Assembly (NCBI RefSeq): GCF_009914755.1
Contig: NC_060939.1
Length of the DNA stretch: 64,000 nt
Reading direction: 5' to 3' (one strand)
DNA from: the human T2T-CHM13v2.0 reference genome, Homo sapiens
Positions 13,820 through 30,760 of the stretch are shown here, piece after piece. Within the stretch, counting starts at the first letter, position 1. Every line of letters begins with the position of its first letter. The notes beneath the pieces were generated by a model that worked only from the letters and a program-made list of their open reading frames with translations, was not told where the DNA came from and did not search any database. Position numbers and translations under genes: made by a program.

Positions 13820-14329
13820 TTTTTTTTAAATTTTATTTCCATAGGTTATTGGGGAACACGTGGGGTTTGGTTACATGAGTAAGTTCTTTAGTGGTGATTT
13901 GTGAGATTTCAGTGCACCCATCACTCGAGCAGTATACACTGCACCTAGTTTGTAGTCTTTTATCCCTCACCCGCTTCTCACCCTTTCTCCCTGAGTCCCC
14001 AAAGTATACTGTGTCATTCTTATGCCTTTGTATGCTCACAGCTTAGCTGCGTCTTATGAGTGAGAACATACGATGTTTGGTTTTCCATTCCTGAGTTACT
14101 TCACTCAATAGTCTCCAATCTCAGTTAGGTTGCTGTGAATGCCATTAATTCATTCTTTTTTATGGCTGAGTGGTATTCCATCATATATATCACAGTTTCT
14201 TTATTCACTCGTTGATTGATGGGCATTTGGGTTGGTTCCACATTTTTGTAATTGTGAATTGTGCTACTACAAACATGCATGTGCAAGTATCTTTTTTGTA
14301 TAATGGGTATGAATCCCAGTAGTGGGATT
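13820..14329 (-). mobile_element. L1PB1-like 3' end
   Basis: ttttatttccataggttattgggg..ggttacatgagtaagttctttagtggtgatttgtgag; ORF 14205..14387 has ORF2 C-terminal homology (KDTCTCMF..WNQPKCPS). Confidence 0.85.
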
Positions 14330-15706
14330 TCTCATGCTGTATTTGTATGTTCCTTCTTCCATAGAGAGAACTTTGACTCCCTTCCACCTCATTTACTCAC
14401 TTAATCCTATAATTTATCTAAAATAGTTTCAGAATTGCTTTGCCTATATTTATATAATTGAAAAAAAAGTACTAAGAGTTCAGGATTTGTTTTCTATCCT
14501 TCTCCCCTCACCCCTCATGCCCAACCTTGGCCAAAATTGAGGGTATATGGTCAAAAATTGTGTTTCTAAGTTACTTAGATTTATTTATTCTTTCCTCCCT
14601 CCCTCCTTCATTTGCTTTCACTATGGTTACCATATTTACTGAAATATGATTAGGTTTATTCTTTTCTTTCTGCTTTTATGTTTTTCCTCCTTCCTTTTCT
14701 TATCGATTTAATTTTAATTGTTGAATATGTAGAATATTTGCATGCTTTCCTAAGTAAAAACTATTTTTCCTGCTTTAGCACACAAAAAGTAACATACTAT
14801 ATGCTCTTTGCTTTATTCACTTAATATTATCTCCTGGAAATTACTCCTTATCCAGTTAACAGAGATCTCCTCATTCTTTTTTATAGCTGTATATTACTCC
14901 ATTGTGTGAATGGAGCTTTTAACTAGGCCTCTATGCTTAGTTAGTTAGGTAGCTCCTATACTTTGCAATTATAAGCAGTGCTACATGGAATAACCTTGTG
15001 CATATGTTTTTTTTATATTGTTGGAAGTATATATTCAGAGTAAATTCCTAGAATTAGCATCATTATGTTGAAGGGTGAATGCACAATGTAATTTTAGTAC
15101 GTGTTTTGAAATTCTCCTCCATAGGAACATGTGCCATTTTACATTCCACCAGCAATGTATGAGAGAACCTATTTCCCTGCAGCCTTGCCAACAGTGAATT
15201 GTCAAGCTTTTAAATATTTGCCAATCTGATAGGTAAAAATGTCAGTGTAGTTTTAATTTGCATTTTACTTATTATGAGTGAAATTGAACATTTTCTTACA
15301 TGTGTAAGAGGCCATTTTTAAACTTCTCTTATGAATCATCTATGTATTTTGCCCTTTTTACTATAGTATTTTGTGGTTTTCCTCAATTTTTAAAAGTTCT
15401 TTATGAACTAGATCTATCATCTATGCTACGTTTTATAGTATTTTCTCCTAGTTTGTCGTTTGTCTTTTGACTTGGTTTATGGTGTTTTGTTTTTTTTTTT
15501 TTTTGCCACTTAAAATGCTTTTACTTTTAAGTAGTCAAATTAATCAATATTTTCTTATATTGCATCAAGTCTTTTTAGTCATAGTTAGAAAACCTAAGTC
15601 TTACTATGTGATTTGTAAGGGCTTTGGAAATATGCGAAAAACTAGCAGTAGTGCAAAGAACAACAAGCACTGCAATAGCAGAAGAGGCAAAATGCTTTGG
15701 AGCACA

Positions 15707-15898
15707 TAGTAGAGTTGCCAGATTCAACACAGACTGCCTAGTTAAAAGTTGAGTTTCAAATAAGTATTGAATAATTTTTTAATATATTATATCCCAAATA
15801 TTGTATGGAATATACTCACATTAAATATTATTTGTTGTTTTATCTCAAATTTAAATTTAACTGGATAACTTGTATTTTTATAAATCTAACAACCTTAG
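15707..15898. mobile_element. MER33-like hAT-Charlie element
   Basis: Degenerate TIRs agagttgccagat / atctaacaacctt; internal atcccaaatattgtatggaatatact. Confidence 0.65.
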
Positions 15899-17808
15899 TC
15901 CCGGGGAAAGATAAACAAATCCCAGTTTGGGCTTATCCTCTGTTGTCCATTTACCTTCCTAAAAACAGATCAGTCCTCTTCACCTAGAACTCTTGCAACC
16001 CAAGTTGTCTCAGGGTCATTGATTCATCTATGTAGCCACTGTTCCCACACCTGTCATACGATTTCTTGTCCATCACAAAAATAACAATTTTAGAGGTAAG
16101 GCTATAGACAGAATGCAGTGCACAGAGCAGACTTTAGAATCTGACGCACCTGGCTTTTAATTCTGTCTGCATAATCTTGGGAAGTTTGTTTATTGTACTT
16201 AAGCTTCAAATAATATCTACTGTGCAGGACTTATATAATTAAGTGAATTAAATTGTGTTTACATATTGTAAGTGTTCCATAATTGTTTATCTATGATTAC
16301 TTACTAAACTCACATTTTCAGCAGATATAGTTAAGGTAGGTCTTTTCATCAGCAAAAAGCGGGTATAAAGTCATAGCATCATAATCTGTTAGTGAGTATA
16401 CTCATTTCTCAGACAAGGAAACTGATGCACAACTCATCATCATGACATTGGGACAGGGCTCTTCAGTGATGTTTCCTAGTACAAGAATCAGCCTCTGGCC
16501 TACTTGGGATGGTCTATGGCATTGCGAAGGAGTGAGATGGATGCAGGACAGAGTAAGGGAATTGAGGGCAGGAATTAACCACGACATCGGAACAGACGAT
16601 AGGAGAGGCTGAGTGATAAAGAGGACAAAGAGTTCATTCATAAAGAAAATACATAAGGAAGAGTGAAAACACAAAAGCAAATATGAATGTGAGAGAAGGA
16701 AGTAGTAAAATGCTTTTGAAGATGCCAGTTAGAGGAATAGCAGAGCAAGTGAGATAATATAAATAAATGGTTGGACAAATAAATGAATGACTAAGAAACC
16801 AGAGAATTGAAGATGACTATGGAGATAAGGGGAAGTATTGCTTACATACTATAATTTATAAAGTAGTTTTTACCTATAATGTTGATATTTAATCTTTATA
16901 GTAATTCTGTGAGGTGAGCAGAGTAGATATTATTTTTCCCATTTTACAGAATGAGGAATTACTTAAATCAAAGTGGATAAATCATTTGCCCATGATTGCA
17001 ATGTAAATAGGTGTAGAGCTAAAATGAGATCTCAGAGCTCCTAGCCACTTCCCCCATACTACACTCTTGTCCTTAAGAGCCTCAGGGACTGTGGTGAGAA
17101 GAATGAAGGGCAAAGGGTCTAGACAAATCCAGGGCTTCTAAAAAATCCAGGTGTTTGGTATGTTCTATACTGAGAGAGACATACAGTCCTGGTCCGTGGT
17201 GAGGACCAGAATTCAGGATATGAATTGTTCCAATTCCTTGTAAAAACAAACAAACAAACAAAAAAAACAAATGGAATTCCTTCAAGCTATAAAACTAGGA
17301 GGCATGGTCTTCCAGACTGTTGATTTCTCTTTGATCTGGCTGAGCCTCCACAATTTGTGAAGTGAACCATAAATTTGGTCTTAGTTCACTTCCCAAAACC
17401 TGCAGGCTACCCACTCATCACAGAAGCCAGAGTGCAGTCTCTCATCCCCAAGCTCATCTTCCAGAGTTGAATCCGTGTCCTTTGGATAGGGCCAATGTAT
17501 TCATTGGCAGACAAATGGAGGAAACCCAATTTTCCTACAACTGTTGTGAATTCCTTCTTTGATGTTCATTTGCAGCTGCAGTGCATACAATTTCATCTGA
17601 ATCAGATTCAGCTCTGATAACCCTGGGAAGCCACAACACTGCTAGAGGAGAAAGATTTATACACACAATTCCTTTCCACAGCAAGAAGAAATCAAGGTAG
17701 AAAAAAATCACCACCAACTCAACTGTGCTTTCTTCCAAGAGTTTTCTGATGTCTTTTTGAGGTGGTTCTTTTTAGTCTCGGCCACAATGTTGTGTTCCTA
17801 ATCACATA

Positions 17809-18180
17809 TGTTTAATAGAGAGTTTGTGCGCCCCCAAAACTTACATGTTGAAATCCTAACCCCCAAGGAGGTTATGTTAAGGAGGTGAGGTGGGACCTTT
17901 GGGTGGTCATGGGGTGGGCAGCATGGTGGGCAAAGCCCTCATGAATAGGATTAGTGGTCTCCCTCATAAAAGAGACCCCTGAGAGCTAGCTAGTCCCTTC
18001 CACCATGTGAGAACACAGTGAGAAGGCTCTATGAACTAGAGTGGGCCATCACCAGACGCCAATTCTGCCAATGCCTTGATCTTGAACTTCCAAGCTTCCA
18101 AGCTGAGAAATAAATTTCTGTTGTTTACAAGCTACCCAATTTGTGGTATTTTATTATAGCAGATCAAATGGACTAAGACA
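17809..18180 (+). mobile_element. MaLR solo LTR (MLT1A/B-like)
   Basis: atgttgaaatcctaacccccaag..ccttgatcttgaacttcc..aataaatttctgttgttt..ggactaagaca. Confidence 0.8.
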
Positions 18181-18202
18181 GTCCTTGATGATAACAGAAA
18201 TA

Positions 18203-18539
18203 CAGACATACCTCAGAAATATTGCAGGTTCAGTTTGAAGCCACCACAATAAAATAAATTTCTCAACAAAGTAAGTCACGTGAACTTTTTGGTTTCCCAG
18301 TGCATATAAAAGTTATGTTTACACTATATTATAGTCTATTAAGTGTGCAATAGCGTTGTGTCTAAAAAATGTACACACTTTAATTTTAAAATACTTTATT
18401 GCTTAAAAATGCTAACAATTATCTGACCCTTCAGAGAGCTGTCATCTTTTTTGCTGATACAGGGTCTTACCTTGATGTTGATGGCTGCTGATAGATCAGG
18501 GTGGTGGTCGCTGAAGGTTGGGGTGGCTGTGGCAATTTC

Positions 18540-18579
<40 letters not shown>

Positions 18580-19854
18580 CTCTAAGTTCTAGGGTGCATG
18601 TGCACAACGTGCAGGTACACATGTACTTAGGTATACATGTGCCATGTTGGTTTGCTGCACCCATCAACTCATCATTTACATTAGGTATTTCTCCTAATGC
18701 TATCCTTCCCCCAGCCCCCCACTCCTCGACAGGCCCCAGTGTGTGATGTTCCCCACCCTGTATCCAAGTGTTCTCATTGTTCAATCCCCACCTATGAGTG
18801 AGAATATGTGGTGTTTGGTTTTCTGTCTTTGTGATAGTTTGCTGAGGATGATGGTTTCCAGCTTCATCCATGTCCATTTCTTAAAATAAAACAGCAATTA
18901 AGTTCGCCATATTGATTGACTCTTCCTTTCAGAAAGATTTATCTGTAGCATGAAATGCTGTTGGATAACATTTTACCCACAGTAGAACGTCTTTCTAAAT
19001 TGGAGGCAATCCTCTCAAATTCTGCAATGGCTTTATCAACTAAGTTTATGGAATATTCTAAATCTTTTGTTGCCATATCAACAATGTTCACAGCCTCTTA
19101 ACCAGGAATAGATCCCATCTCAAGAAACCACTTTCTTTGCTTATTCATAAGAAGCAACTCTTCCCCTGTTCAAGTTTTATCATGAGATTGCAGCAATTCA
19201 GTCACATCTTCAGGCTCCACTAGTTCTTTTGCTATTTCTACTACATCAGCAATTACTGCCTCCACTGAAATCTTGAACCACTTAAACTCATCATAAGTGA
19301 ATCCACTTCTTCCAAACTCCTGTTAATATTAGTATTCTGACCTCCTCCCATGAATCATGAATGTTCTTAATGTCATTGACAATGTTTAATCCTTTCCAGA
19401 GGTTTTAAATTTACTTTGCTCAGATCCATCAGAAGAATCACTATCTGTGGCAGCTATAACTTTGAAATGTATCTCTTAAATAAGAAGACTTGACAGTCAA
19501 AATTGCTCCTTGATCCATGGGCTGAGGAGTGCATATTGCATTAGCAGGCATGAAAACAACATTCATTTTCTTGTTCATCCCCATAAGAGTTCTTGAGTGA
19601 CTAGGTGCATTGTCAATGAGCAATAACATTCACCATAACAGATATAATAATAATGAAAAAGCTTGAAATCTTACAAGAATTATAAAAATGTGACACATAG
19701 ACACAAAATGAGCCCATGTTGTTGGAAAAATCACTCCAATAGACTTGCTCAACACAGGATTACCATAAACCTTTAATTTGTGAAGAAGAAGAAGAAAAAA
19801 GCAATATCTGTGAAGTGCAATAAACCACAGCATAATAAAATGAGGTATGTCTTG
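18203..19854 (-). mobile_element. Tigger1 DNA transposon, internally deleted, with nested L1
   Basis: TIRs CAGACATACCTC / GAGGTATGTCTTG with TA on the left. ORF 19441..19629 (LLLIDNAPSH..VVFMPAN..QPMDQG) is a pogo/CENP-B DDE transposase fragment. Deletion junction near 19630. Confidence 0.9.
18541..18875 (-). mobile_element. Short L1PA (PA6-PA8-like) 3' fragment with (TTA)n tail inside Tigger1
   Basis: L1PA 3'UTR sequence; flanking ATTTCT repeat at a TTCTT/AA site. Confidence 0.85.
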
Positions 19855-20315
19855 CAGTCTTTGGGAAACAACAAATACCCAAATGAACATTAATGCGACA
19901 CAGTTCTTGACTTCCAGGTGAGGCTGGAAAAGGGCCAAGTAGTTGCTGAGTGTTGGAGTGTGGGAGGAATCTTGTGAGGGCTGGGAACAAGGAAATTTTT
20001 AACTTTGTTCTAACATCTTATCCCTGGTCTCAGAACATGAGTTATATGTAAAATCCTGCCTTTCTTCTCTAAATTTCCATCTTTATCATGATTTACTCTC
20101 CTGTCTGGGAGAGACTTCCTAAGCCAAGATTCAAGCCGAAAGTAGTGTTTTATCACAGCAGTTTTCTTTCCACAATATATAGGAGTGTGGGCAATACTCT
20201 CTCAATTTACCTTGTCCCTTTTGCCTGCTACTTAAAAATAACACAATTCATAACCCTTGAAATATAAAAATGTTGCTCTTCTTTCCAATTCTAACTGGCA
20301 ATAGCAATCATAGAC

Positions 20316-21215
20316 TGTGGTGGGCAGAATCTGAAATGACCCCCAGTGATCTCTGTCTGCTGTATAATCTCCTCGCCTTGAGTGTGGTTGGGATCTAGTG
20401 AGTTGCTTCTAACTAACAGAATATGGCAAAAAATGATAGGATGTCACTTCCAAGATAAGGGTTAAAAGCTGTGACTTCTGTCTTGCTCTCACTCCCTCAC
20501 TGGCACTCTCCTTTGCCCTATCACTTGCTCATTCTGTTGAAGCCAGCTACCATGTTGTGAACTACCCTATGAAGAGGCCCACACAGCAAGGAACTGAAAG
20601 AAGCATCTGGCCATCAGTCAGTAGGCAACCAAAGCCTTCATCCAAAGCTCAGGAGAACTAAATCCTGCCAACCATGTGAGCTTAGAAATGGATAATTCTC
20701 CAGTCAAGTCTTCGGATGAGACTATTAAGCCCAGCAGCTTAGTCCATTCAGGCTACTATAACAAATACCAGAAATTGGGTAGCCTGCAAACAACACAAAT
20801 TTATTTCTCATAGTTCTAGAGGCTGAGAAGTTCAAGAGCAAGGTGATGGCAGATTCAGTGTCTGATAAGGGCCTGCTCTCTGGTTCACAGACAGAGCCTT
20901 TTTGCAGTGTCCTCACATGGTGAAAGGCACTGCTAGCTCTCTAGGTTATCTCTTATAAGGGCACAAATCCCATTCATGAGGGCTTTGCACTTATGAACTA
21001 ATCACCTCCCAAAGTCTGTATCTCCAAATACCATTACGTTGGGGATTAGAATTTCAACATATGAATTTTGGTGAGACATAAGTATTCAGTAAATTGCACT
21101 CAACCTTGTGAGAGACCCAGAGCAAAGAACCCAATGAATCCATGCTCACTGAAATTATAAGGTAATAACTATTTTAAGAAACTATGTTTGAAAGTGATTG
21201 TTATACATCAATAGA
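20316..21215 (+). mobile_element. MLT1E/F-like MaLR LTR interrupted by a second MaLR LTR
   Basis: tgtggtgggcagaat..cttgagtgtgg..cttctaactaacagaatatggcaaa; resumes after ~21098. Confidence 0.7.
20735..21098 (-). mobile_element. MST/MLT1A-type MaLR LTR (nested, antisense)
   Basis: cttagtccattcaggctactataacaaatacc..tttcaacatatgaattttgg. Confidence 0.75.
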
Positions 21216-21554
21216 TAATTAATGGACTCTTACTAAACTATGCCACAAATTTGACATTGCAACAAATCAATTCATCTTATCAGCCCCACCTGCATTCCTT
21301 CACCCTCGTTAATGAAGCCAATTCTATCCTATGTGCATTGTTTTATGACATCAATCAATTTCCATATTCTCTTGGCCTGCTCCTTAGTCTACTCTGCAAT
21401 CCTCACCCCGAAACCTCATTTATGTTATTGGCACCTTTGTGACTCCTAGTATTTTCCTTTCTTCTTGTTCTCCATAAGCCTCACACATTTTCCCCATAGT
21501 AGATGTTCAGTAAATTATTGTGAATGTATTTAAATGTCCACATTAATTTCAAAT

Positions 21555-22030
21555 TATTCATTCAAAATATTTACTGAGTACCTATTAAGTGGTAGGCACT
21601 AAGGATGCAGTGGTGAATAAAAATAGACACAAGCCCTGCCTTCATGGAGCTTATCATCTAGAGGGAGGGTGACAGTGATACCAGTCAATTACATGAGCAA
21701 ATGTGTTAAGTATTAAGTTTCCTGAAGGGGAGGTAAAGGTGCTATAAGAATACTAGAAATAAAAGAATTTTATCACATGAAGGAGATTAGAGGAGATTCC
21801 CTGAGAAAGTGGTGACTGAAGTAAGCTCTCAAAGGTGCATAAAGGGAGTTAACTTGGTAAAAGTGAGCTGGGGGGTTGATGAGGATGGAACCACTCAAGA
21901 CAGTGGGACCATCATGTGCAAAGTGGAATATTTGCAGCTCTTAAAGAGAGCCAGTGAGTCTTGATGATAAAGGGCTAGGGACATATGATGTGAGATGAGT
22001 GGATAAGTGGGTGAGGGCCAGACCTGAGCC
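21555..22030 (-). mobile_element. L2 3' fragment
   Basis: attcattcaaaatatttactgagtacct..ccctgccttcatggagcttatcatctag. Confidence 0.7.
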
Positions 22031-23224
22031 TGTCTTATTCTAGGCCAACTTTGAATAATGGAAACTCAGGACTATCCAGAAATTTCTCCATTCCAACTAC
22101 ATCCTCTTCGTAGCACTCCAGCCACGCAGGTCTCAAATATTCATTGGAACCCTGTTAGGAAGTTGCTTTTTGAAACTTCTTTTGATGACACCGTTAAAAG
22201 AAATCATGACCATGAAAATGTGAAAAGACCCAGCCCTTGACCACAAAGGTGTCTGTTCTAGTAGGGACTAACCTTGGAAAAAACTTAACAGTCTCTGAAT
22301 CACAGCACGGCTGCACACAAAGTCATAAACTAAGTGCCATAAGAGAACTCCAATTTAAATAACCCTAGGGGGAAAAAGGAGCTGAGTAAGGGGTATATCC
22401 CACTTGGTCTTGGCTTCATCTAAGCCATTTTCAAGCCTCTCCTGGGCTAGCCAGTCTCAGGCCTCTCAAAGATGTCTTGTGGCACAGTCTGGATCATGAG
22501 AAGAGAGAAAGAGATCTCAAAAAATAGAAATAGAAACAAAGACCCATGAAACTGGTGGAAGACAGAAAGGGCGGAAGGAACCAAGGATACTTCTATAGAA
22601 GTCTGTACTGAATAGCTCAAAGTTACTGTTCTCTTTGGGATGCTGCAGCCATTTTGCTCATGTTACATGGAAGTGATAGGGGATGGCAAGCATATATGAC
22701 CTCTGTGCCCGGCACAAATTGATGCTCATAATAGACACATTTTGAACCATTTGGGGAAGGGTCATATATTGTACACGATGTCTTAATCTATAGGGGTGAT
22801 AGAGGTTTTCACAGAAGGAATTGCATAGTTTGTGAACTCAAGGTGACTTAGAGTTCTGTTTCTCTCTCCTCTTTCCCCTAACTTTGGAATGCAGCCAGCC
22901 GGTAAGAATGGCCTCACAAGACTTCCTGTGTTAGGCTAGGAGGTATGCGCAGAAGAGGCAGTGTGTGAGCCCCTCAGGGAAAGCTCTCTACTCTTTAACT
23001 CTATTTGGCCCTACCTTCCCCTTCTTGAACTCAGCCTTTATTACTCAGAATTTCAATAGATCTTAAGCAACCATGACAGTCTTCAGCAGCGCTGACTGCA
23101 GGATTTTAGGCTCAAACACAACCATCCATGGAATGAAAACTTGAAGAGTAAATTCCAAATATGCCATAATATTGGGAAACTGTCCACATGGAATTTTTAG
23201 ACGTGTACAGATTTTCACTAATAA

Positions 23225-23450
23225 AAATAACCACCATTTGTTAATTGTGTTCCTGGCACACCATTCTATATGTATTATCTCACTCAATCCACATACAGAG
23301 CCCTTTAAAAAGGTACTATTATCTTTATTTTACAGATGGAGAAGCCAAAGCTCAGAAAGTTTAAGAAACCTTCTCCAAGATACAGAGTAAGTAGCAGAGG
23401 TAGAATTTTAACTCAGGTGAGTCTATTTCTGGGAACCAACAGCTTAACCC
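23225..23450. mobile_element. MIR
   Basis: attttacagatggagaagccaaagctcagaaagttt core. Confidence 0.65.
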
Positions 23451-23652
23451 TAATGTTATTTTATCTGTAAAGCCTTGCATGATATACCCATTCACTATGC
23501 CCATATTGGACTTTGAACCCATTTATATTAATATGCAAAATATTATATAATATTAATTATCATTTAGGATTTTGTGAAATCCTCTTTGAAGGTATTCTCT
23601 AGCACTGTGCCTGGCATATGGTGACCCCTCCAATATTTATAGAAAAAATGAG

Positions 23653-23723
23653 TGTGCATCAAGGTAATTTCCAGAGAAATTATCTTCTCAGGAAATTTTC
23701 TCTGGAAATTACCTTGATGTACA
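23653..23723. repeat. Near-perfect inverted repeat (hairpin)
   Basis: 23657-23679 CATCAAGGTAATTTCCAGAGAAA is the exact reverse complement of 23697-23719; 17-nt spacer. Confidence 0.95.
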
Positions 23724-24409
23724 GGTAATTTGTCCATTCCAGGAATATGGCATGGACTAATTTTAGAGAAATTAATAGCAATTATGCCAAAGAGCCAATC
23801 AGAAACTGCTTAGTCACCTCTGCTTCTGACCCCTGAAGAGGATATTCATCTCTGAGATAGGTACTCATCCTCTTCAGTGATTACCACAGGGACTTGGAGG
23901 CCCCTTCAAAGCTAAAACCTCCTCTCACCATGGCCCAGGCAACATCATCAAAACATCTTGTCTGAGCTCAGAGCCTGGGACCCTAGCCACACACTCCTGT
24001 CTTCTGAAGAAACATCTTTCTTCACAGGGCAGGACCTAGGAAGCATGATTTATCACGAATCAGGGAAAACCCAGGGAAAGTGAGGGCTGCTGTGGTTTCT
24101 CCTCTTCCTGTGGAAAGGTCAGTTGATCCTGGGCCTGAGCTCTCCCATGGAGCCTGGGATGCTCGCCTGATGTCACTGATCTGTTCACTTGGCTTCACAG
24201 CCTCTCCTTCTCCTCCCCCCAGGGCCAGGATAACACCTCAGGGGACTCACATCTGATTCATACCAGACGTCGAGAGGAAGGAAATGAAAAGTGAGGACAG
24301 ACATTCCTTCCCTCGGCTGAGTGGAAGTCCCAGTAGTCATAATAACTAGCAGTCACTGAACATGTGTGGTATGCCAGCCACTGTGCTAAGGACTATAATG
24401 CACAGTAAA

Positions 24410-24660
24410 TGTTAACTCTTCCAGTTACTGAGTGCTTACTCTGTACCAGCCACTATTCCAGGAGCTTTACAAGTATTATTTCATTTAATCCTTGTGACAA
24501 CCCCATAAGATGAATCCTATTATTATCACCATTTTACAGATAGGAAAACTGAAGTAGGGAGAGAAGAATTAACTTTCCCAGGGCCACAGAGCTGAAATGT
24601 GATAGAAGAAGGTTTGAACTCAGACAGCCTGGCTTGAGAATCCATTCATTTAACTGTTAA
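24410..24660. mobile_element. MIR
   Basis: ttactgagtgcttactctgtaccag..cattttacagataggaaaactgaag. Confidence 0.75.
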
Positions 24661-24845
24661 AATATATGAACAAATTCTTACAAGTCCTCTGTGGTGATTA
24701 CCACCTTCCCATTTTCAGATGAGGAAGCTGAGATTCTGCTAATGTTAAATGACTGGGGTGAGATGTGGAAGCAACTAACTGGGGTAGGAAGAATGTGATT
24801 TCATTCTGGTCCCAGGTCCTTAGCTCCTTCCATAGCATCATGTTG

Positions 24846-25311
24846 TGTAGGAGATCAGTCAGAGTGGTAGGAGAAGCTATAAGGAAAGATGCAAACCTTC
24901 TTGAAAGGTGGGAAGGTCTTGCAAAAGCTTCCGGAGAGAATAAAGCTGAAGGCAGCTAATTCTCTCACCCTGACGCTAAGGGCGAGGACTCCGTAACAAG
25001 GGAGTGTAAAGAAATCTATCTAGAAAAGCTTATTTACTTATGTCATCCAGAGACCAACCTTTGATCATCCGCGCACAAGACTGCTCCCTGCAAGAGGGGA
25101 CAACAGTGTTAATTACTCACAGATTGTGTTGGTTCCAGGCCTTTGACATTATACCAGTATTGAATAAATACATGCAGCTCTGGCTTATCAGGGCTGCTGA
25201 CTCTTCCGCCACCTAGTGCCAGGCAGTCCCCTAGCTACTCTCACGGGATACCTGTGTCTGACTACTCCTTTCATCTGTTGCTCAGCCAGGGTCTGTGGGA
25301 CAAACCCTGCA
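24846..25311 (+). mobile_element. 5' LTR (LTR22 family), 466 bp
   Basis: Begins TGTAGGAGATCAGTCAG and ends CCCTGCA. AATAAA at 25163-25168. Its 3' ~293 bp aligns with 36904-37198. Confidence 0.9.
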
Positions 25312-25313
25312 GC

Positions 25314-25331
25314 TGGTGCTCCATGTGAGGA
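25314..25331 (+). promoter_or_regulatory. Primer-binding site complementary to tRNA-Met
   Basis: TGGTGCTCCATGTGAGGA, 2 nt after the 5' LTR. Near-match to the complement of the elongator tRNA-Met 3' end (TGGTGCCCCGTGTGAGGA), characteristic of HML-5. Confidence 0.85.
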
Positions 25332-25855
25332 ATGCTGCAACAGATCACAATGGAACCTTCAAAAATGAAGGTGAAGAGACTGTGCAGTCAGTAAGTCATT
25401 GGTGCCCACTCAGGATTTCCAAGTTTGAGGGAATTTTCAGGTTAGGGTTTCATCATGAGACAACAGTTATCAGCTCAACAGAAACAGTATATAAAAATAT
25501 TGAAATAGCTGCTTAAAGCTAGCAGAGCCTCAGTTTCACAGGCTCAATTAAGGGACCTAAAGCAAACTTTCCCATAACCCATAGTTCTGGAAGAAGGCAT
25601 GCTAGACATAGAGGTCTGGGAACAAGTGGGTAGAAATCTTTTTTTTTTAAATTATACTTTAAGTTTTAGGGTACATGTGCACAACATGCGGGTTAGTTAC
25701 GTATGTATACATGTGCCATGTTAGTATGCTGAACCCAGTAACTCGTCATTTAACATTAGGTATATCTCCAAATGCTATCCCTCCCCCATCCCCCTACCCC
25801 ACAACAGGCCCCGGTGTGTGATGTTCCCCTTCCTGTGTCCATGTGTTCTCATTGT

Positions 25856-29684
<3,829 letters not shown>

Positions 29685-29747
29685 TATGATGTTAGCTGGT
29701 TATTTTGCTTGTTAGTTGATGCAGTTTCTTCCTAGCCTTGATGGTCT

Positions 29748-30760
29748 TTACAATTTGGCATGTTTTTGCAGTGGCTGGTACTGGTTTTTCCTTTCCATGT
29801 TTAGTGCTTCCTTCAGGAGCTCTTTTAGGGCAGGCCTGGTGGTGATAAAATCTCTCAGCATTTGCTTGTCTGTAAAATATTTTATTTCTCCTTCACTTAT
29901 GAAGCTTAGTTTGGCTGGATATGAAATTCTTGGTTGAAAATTCTTTTCTTTAAGAATGTTGAATATTGGCCCCCACTCTTTTCTGGCTTGTAGAGTTTCT
30001 GCCGAGAGATCCGCGGTTAGTTTTATGGGCTTCCCTTTGTGGGTAACCCAACCTTTCTCTCTGGCTGCCCTTAACATTTTTCCTTCATTTCAACTTTGGT
30101 GAATCTGACAATTATGTGTCCTGGAGTTGCTCTTCTCGAGGAATATCTTTGTGGCATTCTCTGTATTTCCTGAATTTGAATGTTGGCCTGCCTTGCTAGG
30201 TTGGGGAAGTTCTCCTGGCTAATATCCTGCAGAGTGCTTTCCAACTTGGTTCCATTCTCCCCGTCACTTTCAGGTACACCAATCAGATGCAGGTTTGGTC
30301 TTTTCACACAGTCCCATATTTCTTGGAGGCTTTTATTTCTTTTTATTATTTTTTCTCTAAACTTCTCTTCTCACTTCATTTCATCCATTTGATCTTCCAT
30401 CACTGATACCCTTTCGTCCAGTTGATCGAATTGGCTACTGAGGCTTGTGCATTTGTCACATACTTCTCGTACCTTGGTTTTCAGCTCCCTCAGGTCCTTT
30501 AAGGACTTCTCTGCATTGGTTATTCTAGTTAGCCATTCATCTAATTTTTTTTCCAGGTTTTTGACTTCTTTGCCATGGGTCTGAACTTACTCCTTTAGCT
30601 CAGAGTAGTTTGATCATCTGAAGCCTTCTTCTCTCAACTCGTCAAAGTCATTCTCCGTCCAGCTTTGTTCCATTGCTGGTGAGGAGCTGTTCTCCTTTGG
30701 AGGAGGAGAGGCGCTCTGATTTTTAGAGTTTCCAGTTTTTCTGCTCTGTTTTTTCCCCAT
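29748..30760 (-). pseudogene. ORF1: L1 ORF1 (RNA-binding protein), frameshifted
   Basis: ATG at 30760 (MGKKQSRK). Fragments 30071..30307 (KRPNLHLIGVPE) and 29748..30077 (..PLQKHAKL) lie in different frames. Confidence 0.93.

Larger units (their letters stand above)
12050..15600 (-). mobile_element. Ancient L1MC/L1M 3' region with nested insertion
   Basis: Degenerate antisense L1 motifs (ttttacattccaccagcaatgtatgagag; gttttaatttgcattt) and L1MC-type 3'UTR sequence. Confidence 0.6.

Noticed and set aside
22800-24330. ETS/RUNX-like motifs (ACTTCCTG at ~22921, TGTGGTT at ~24091) as an enhancer
   Set aside because: Short, scattered motifs at chance frequency; needs chromatin data.
25314-25331. 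tRNA gene
   Set aside because: Only an 18-nt complement of a tRNA 3' end, i.e. the retroviral PBS.
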